Source: Azolla caroliniana
Lineage: Eukaryota; Plantae; Polypodiophyta
Assembly (NCBI GenBank): GCA_043228905.1
Contig: JBHGNT010000001.1
Span: 27,094,001-27,158,000 of the forward strand
Length of the DNA stretch: 64,000 nt
Direction of reading: 5' to 3'
Each line of letters starts with the position of its first letter. Positions within the stretch are counted from its first letter, which is position 1. The notes beneath the pieces were generated by a model. The model did not search any database and was not told the DNA's origin. It saw only the letters and a list, made by a program, of their open reading frames with translations. This document shows, in pieces, positions 59,639-64,000 of the stretch. Made by a program: the position numbers and the translations under genes.

Positions 59639-62600
59639 CTTCATTGCTTCTTCAATAACGTCTTATAACATCAATTATCACATCGACAATCCCCAACTAC
59701 TATAGTCCTATTTTGTTTAGGCGGTTGAACACACACAATTATACTAATAAATATTTGTCCACTCTTTGGTAATCTCAACATTGGAAGGAAAAGGAAACAC
59801 ACCCTTGGTTAAGTTATATGTTTACGTATGCACTACCACACATCATGCCCTATGCTTGGTGTACAACTTTGATCAAACCTTAATATGGAGATATAAGAAT
59901 GTAAAGAACTATGAAAAAATCATGATCAATTTTCTTATGGAAACATTATGTAGATGTAGAAGGTATAGAGAATAACTTGTGAGTATATCACACTCTTACC
60001 AAAATGGTTCTTCTAAAGCTTATCTTTATCTACATTGTTAATTGAGTTCTACCCCTACACACATTTCTCACATAATCACGAAACGCAGTCTTCATAGTAC
60101 TGCTAATTAGTAGAAAACTTGAACATTGAAATTCACTACTTAACAACAAATGTATGATGTGAAAAAATATTTAATTTTGTTCCCATAGGCCATATTTGAT
60201 CTTTGAGGTAGATAATAAAATAAATCATTTTCTCTCCATCTCTCTTAGTTAAGGTTGTTGAGACATTCTAAAGGTTTGAAAAAGAAATTCTGTCCTAACT
60301 AATGGGAAAGTAGCTTCATTTTGAAAAAAAAACTAGCATTGACTTCCTAAATTAAATGCTATAAGTTGAGTAAACCCAAGTTGGGTTGTTATCCTCGTTG
60401 CCTCTAGACTAGGTCTTTGAGTGAATTCACATGGATAAACTTTAAACCAATGGTGGTGTTTCTTTATTACTTATGTTAATATCTCTTCGTTCAACTCCTC
60501 TATGGTGTTATTCTACTCATGGAAATCCTTCTCCAATTGTGTCATCATGTCGCATAGTGCAACAATTTCCTCAATCAGCTTATGATGTTGGTTTTTACAT
60601 GCTTCCCAAGTACAACTACCACAACATATTTCATTTGATCATTGGCCATTCTAATTTCTATATTTATTGACTAGTTTCGTTTGGCTTCTCCAATTGTAGA
60701 CAACTTCCTTAATTGCTTGTTCTTTGTCTCAATTGTCTTGGTTCACATGGATTAAACTTCTTTGCCAATTCTAGAATTGACTAATAATATATTAATCCAA
60801 GTTTGTTCTTTCTCTACTTCTTGGGCCATGAGAGTTGTTATTTTCTCATGTTTAGCCCTATCCTTGTTCACCTTCACCAATATGCTTAGTTCATGCAACA
60901 AGTAACTTCTTTGTCATTCTACACTTGGGTTAGTATACCTACTTTTATTCTTCCACACTATGGTGGATTGTTAGAGTTGTTTTCTCCCATTTCGTCTAAT
61001 CCTTGTGTGAGTATTTCTTTGTCCTCATTGGTTGTGTGCAATTCATATTACCAAATTGACAAGTGTTTAGCTATTATAATAGTATTGCACTCCAATCCTA
61101 TTGTCGTAAGAATAACACATCATCCTTTTGGGCCTATTGAAATATGCTTTACACGTGCTCTAATTTTGCAAAGCCCTGTCTCCACATTGTTACCTATGAC
61201 GTTGATGTTGGTTACTCATCCTATGAGGTTTATTTCAACTCAACTTTCCCGATTGTTCTTCTAGGCAATTGGACATCTATTCTGGATGTGCCCCTTCTTC
61301 TTTCCATTTGAGAGTTCTGTTAAAAGTAAAGTTGTCTTTGGGTGATTTCGCTTACAATAATCATAATTTCTTGAATCACTTTTGTTTTTTAACTGCATAA
61401 ATAAACGGGGGGAAAGGAAATCTCTCTCCATTTTTATTATTAAAGCTAGAACCACTATTCATAAATCACTTTGTGGAGAGACAACAAAACATCTAAAGCC
61501 TTTTATGTATTTATAAATTCACCATGATCGACCATATTTGGGGAGTAAAGCATAGAACTAATGGATTTTCCTCTAATAATAACATTAGTAGCAACGTTGC
61601 AAGGTGACATAGAATAGTTAAAAGCTCTGAAAACTCCTTGAAACCGCCCTTTATCTCCCCAAATGTCTTCAGTTACTATTTGAACTATGATATTGTCAAT
61701 GCATCCATGTTTCCTCGACACTTTGCCATCAAGATTTGTCCTCTTTCTAAGGGGTGAGAGTAATGAAGATTGAGGTGCATTTATGGAAATAAAGAAAAGC
61801 TCAAGGGTATCTCCATAATTTTGTTATTGCATTCCTATTCACGATAATTATTAATAAGTTTCAACTATTTCAGTTTGTGCAAAAAATCTTAGGGATTTGC
61901 AATAGGCTTTGGTCCAAAGCTTATTTTTATCTATGTTCCAAACCTCATTTTGGAGGAACATAAAATGGATCCTTATCTAGAACCTTTGATGGGGGTAATT
62001 CAATACTAGTTGATGGCTCTATGGCATGAGGGTTGGAGTCTATTGAAGGCCGGAGAAGTAATGAATATATCAGTACCTTTCTATCACCCAACATCATTGC
62101 TTTATTTATCTTCTGCAAAACTTGCCAATTTTGAGCACAAGCATTGCAAAGGAAGATCCTTCTTATTCATGGAAAAATATTCACCAAAGTGTTTGAAGGA
62201 GTTTTTTCAAACGGAGATAGGAAAAACAAGGAAGGATTCAACTAAATGAGGATGAGAAAAATGGTATGTTCACGGTTACTAGCAGATATTTTGCATAAAA
62301 TGTACGCAGTTTCGAAAGTATTTGAGTACCAGAGTTTAGATCCACCAGGAAAAAGGTTTTGGGTTTCAGTACAACTGTCTCATAGCAAACAATGCAGAAG
62401 ATATGGGCGAAAGGCACATATAGAAGAGCTTACTTTAGACTCAAAGCCAATGGCATGGGCTATACAATCTGATTGCAAAGACTCACTATTGGATATACGT
62501 TAAGGTGATGAAATATCCTAGCCTGCCATGTGAGCATTGGGAATCGGTGATGATGAATGTGGAGATTGATGCTCTCGAATGCAACTTGAGGGTGTGCGAA

Positions 62601-63015
62601 ATGTAATTATCTTTACCGAGAAAGATTGGACTATTTTTGTATATCGCCTCTGGCCACTTTAATTCTAATACCAACGGAGGATATCTTTACAAAAATAAAT
62701 AAATAATAATATTGTGAAATGCACATAACAAAAGGGACACCACAATACATATGTATGCTCATTACAATTTATATTTATATGATATTGGCAATGAAGAAAA
62801 ATCCAGTGGCATTTTCAGAAATAAAGAAAAGGCAGGGGCATTTTGGGGATTAAAGGAAATCTCGTGGGCGATTTGGGAAACTACATTAAACAATCCCTTT
62901 CCATCTCTCTGATCTCCTCCGTTGTCTGTGAAGAAAAACCAAAGAACGATCGATTGATCGGTTCGATCCCATTCGGGGAGACGAGCTCCTGTTCTGCATC
63001 TCCTTTTACATCGCC

Positions 63016-63201
63016 ATGTCCTCTAGCGCAGGACAGACTCAGTTTAGATACGCTCAGCCTCCATCCAAGGTCCTTCATCTTCGCAACCTGCCCTGGGAGT
63101 GCAGCGAAGAAGAGCTCTTCGACCTCTGCAAACCTTTTGGCAAAATCGTCAACACGAAATGTAATGTCGGAAGCAACCGTAACCAGGCCTTTGTTGAATT
63201 C
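63016..63201 (+). CDS. PTB: Polypyrimidine tract-binding protein (plant PTB1/PTB2 type), first coding exon; gene continues beyond window
   Basis: QFRYAQPPSKVLHLRNLPWECSEEEL..LCKPFGKIVNTKCNVGSNRNQAFVEF followed by a GTAAGT donor. Confidence 0.93.
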
Positions 63202-64000
63202 GTAAGTTCCTTAAATGTAACCAACCCTAGGTTTTTGTATTCTTGTGTTTCCACATGGTAAATTTTGTCTTAATTCTTTGGATTTTTCTAGATGTCTTGA
63301 ATACTTGGTTCTAGTTCATTTCCACCGCGAATTTGCAAAAAGATTTGTAACTGCCTCTAACCCTAATTTGTTTCCTTTTGTTGTTTTCTTGTGTTTCTGG
63401 AAAATAACCTGAATTATTTGATTTGCATGATAAATTTATCATAACGCTTTGGATTTTCTGCTAAAGTTTTATTTGCTTTTTCCTAAAAGAAAATATTTTG
63501 GAAAACCCTGACTGTTTTTACCTTAATTTAACTTGTGAAGGTGTAACGTTTTAATTTTCTTAGATTATTTCTACAAATCAAACCCAAGCTTCCTTTGGGG
63601 AATTTTTCCTTTACAAACTGCTCAGTCTCCTTTTCTTAGAGTAAGAAATATGAAAATATACTAGAAATTTTAGAGATATTTGTCTTTAGATTGATTGCAC
63701 AAATTTGATTTCAGAAATGTTTCTTTAATACTTGCGAGTGAGCTGGTTTTTGTTTTTATCCATGTGATTGTAGGGAAATTACAAGAAAATAGCACAGAAA
63801 TTTACAGGAATCTTGCAAGAAACTCATATATTTCTATAGGATTGTCAGATTATAATACGCCCAATTGTTTTTATGGAAATCATATGCACATATTTGGGTA
63901 AATTTTAGTGCATTCAAACATCATATCCTGATGACATGCTGTGCTTCTGCAATATAGATGCTTTTGAACTTTAGCTACACTTTCATCATCTATATACTAG

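Noticed and set aside
60700-62680. Short ORFs between the P450 and PTB genes, possibly decayed LINE ORF1
   Set aside because: No convincing motif recognised by eye; would need a translated search.

Overview
Land-plant nuclear DNA (probably a non-seed plant; this is an inference), mostly nested retrotransposons. Element letters below are my labels. At 1-37.9 kb, one Ty1/Copia element (C), itself inside a LINE ORF1 remnant, is split by four Ty3/Gypsy insertions (A, B, G, E). Three more Gypsy insertions (D, F and an LTR remnant) and one Copia-LTR fragment are nested inside those. The six Gypsy elements whose PBS is visible share a tRNA-Trp PBS and near-identical LTR ends, and five retain the same PPT. 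D, E and F are autonomous-type; A, B and G lack pol and carry gag only. At 41-55 kb there are L1-type LINEs and a complete Copia element (H, 5-bp TSD). At 55.7-64 kb there is a ~450-bp palindrome, an intact two-exon CYP71-clan P450 and the first coding exon of a PTB gene. Main observations: (1) all seven Gypsy insertion sites are 4-bp targets centred on CpG; (2) a GGAUUUU slippery site plus a covarying pseudoknot predicts a -1 frameshift between gag-protease and RT in three copies; (3) the pol-less element A carries a ~1,190-codon Gag-plus-repeat frame; (4) a covarying U5 hairpin is shared by helper and satellite LTRs. Coordinates and mismatch counts were read by eye; no searches were run.
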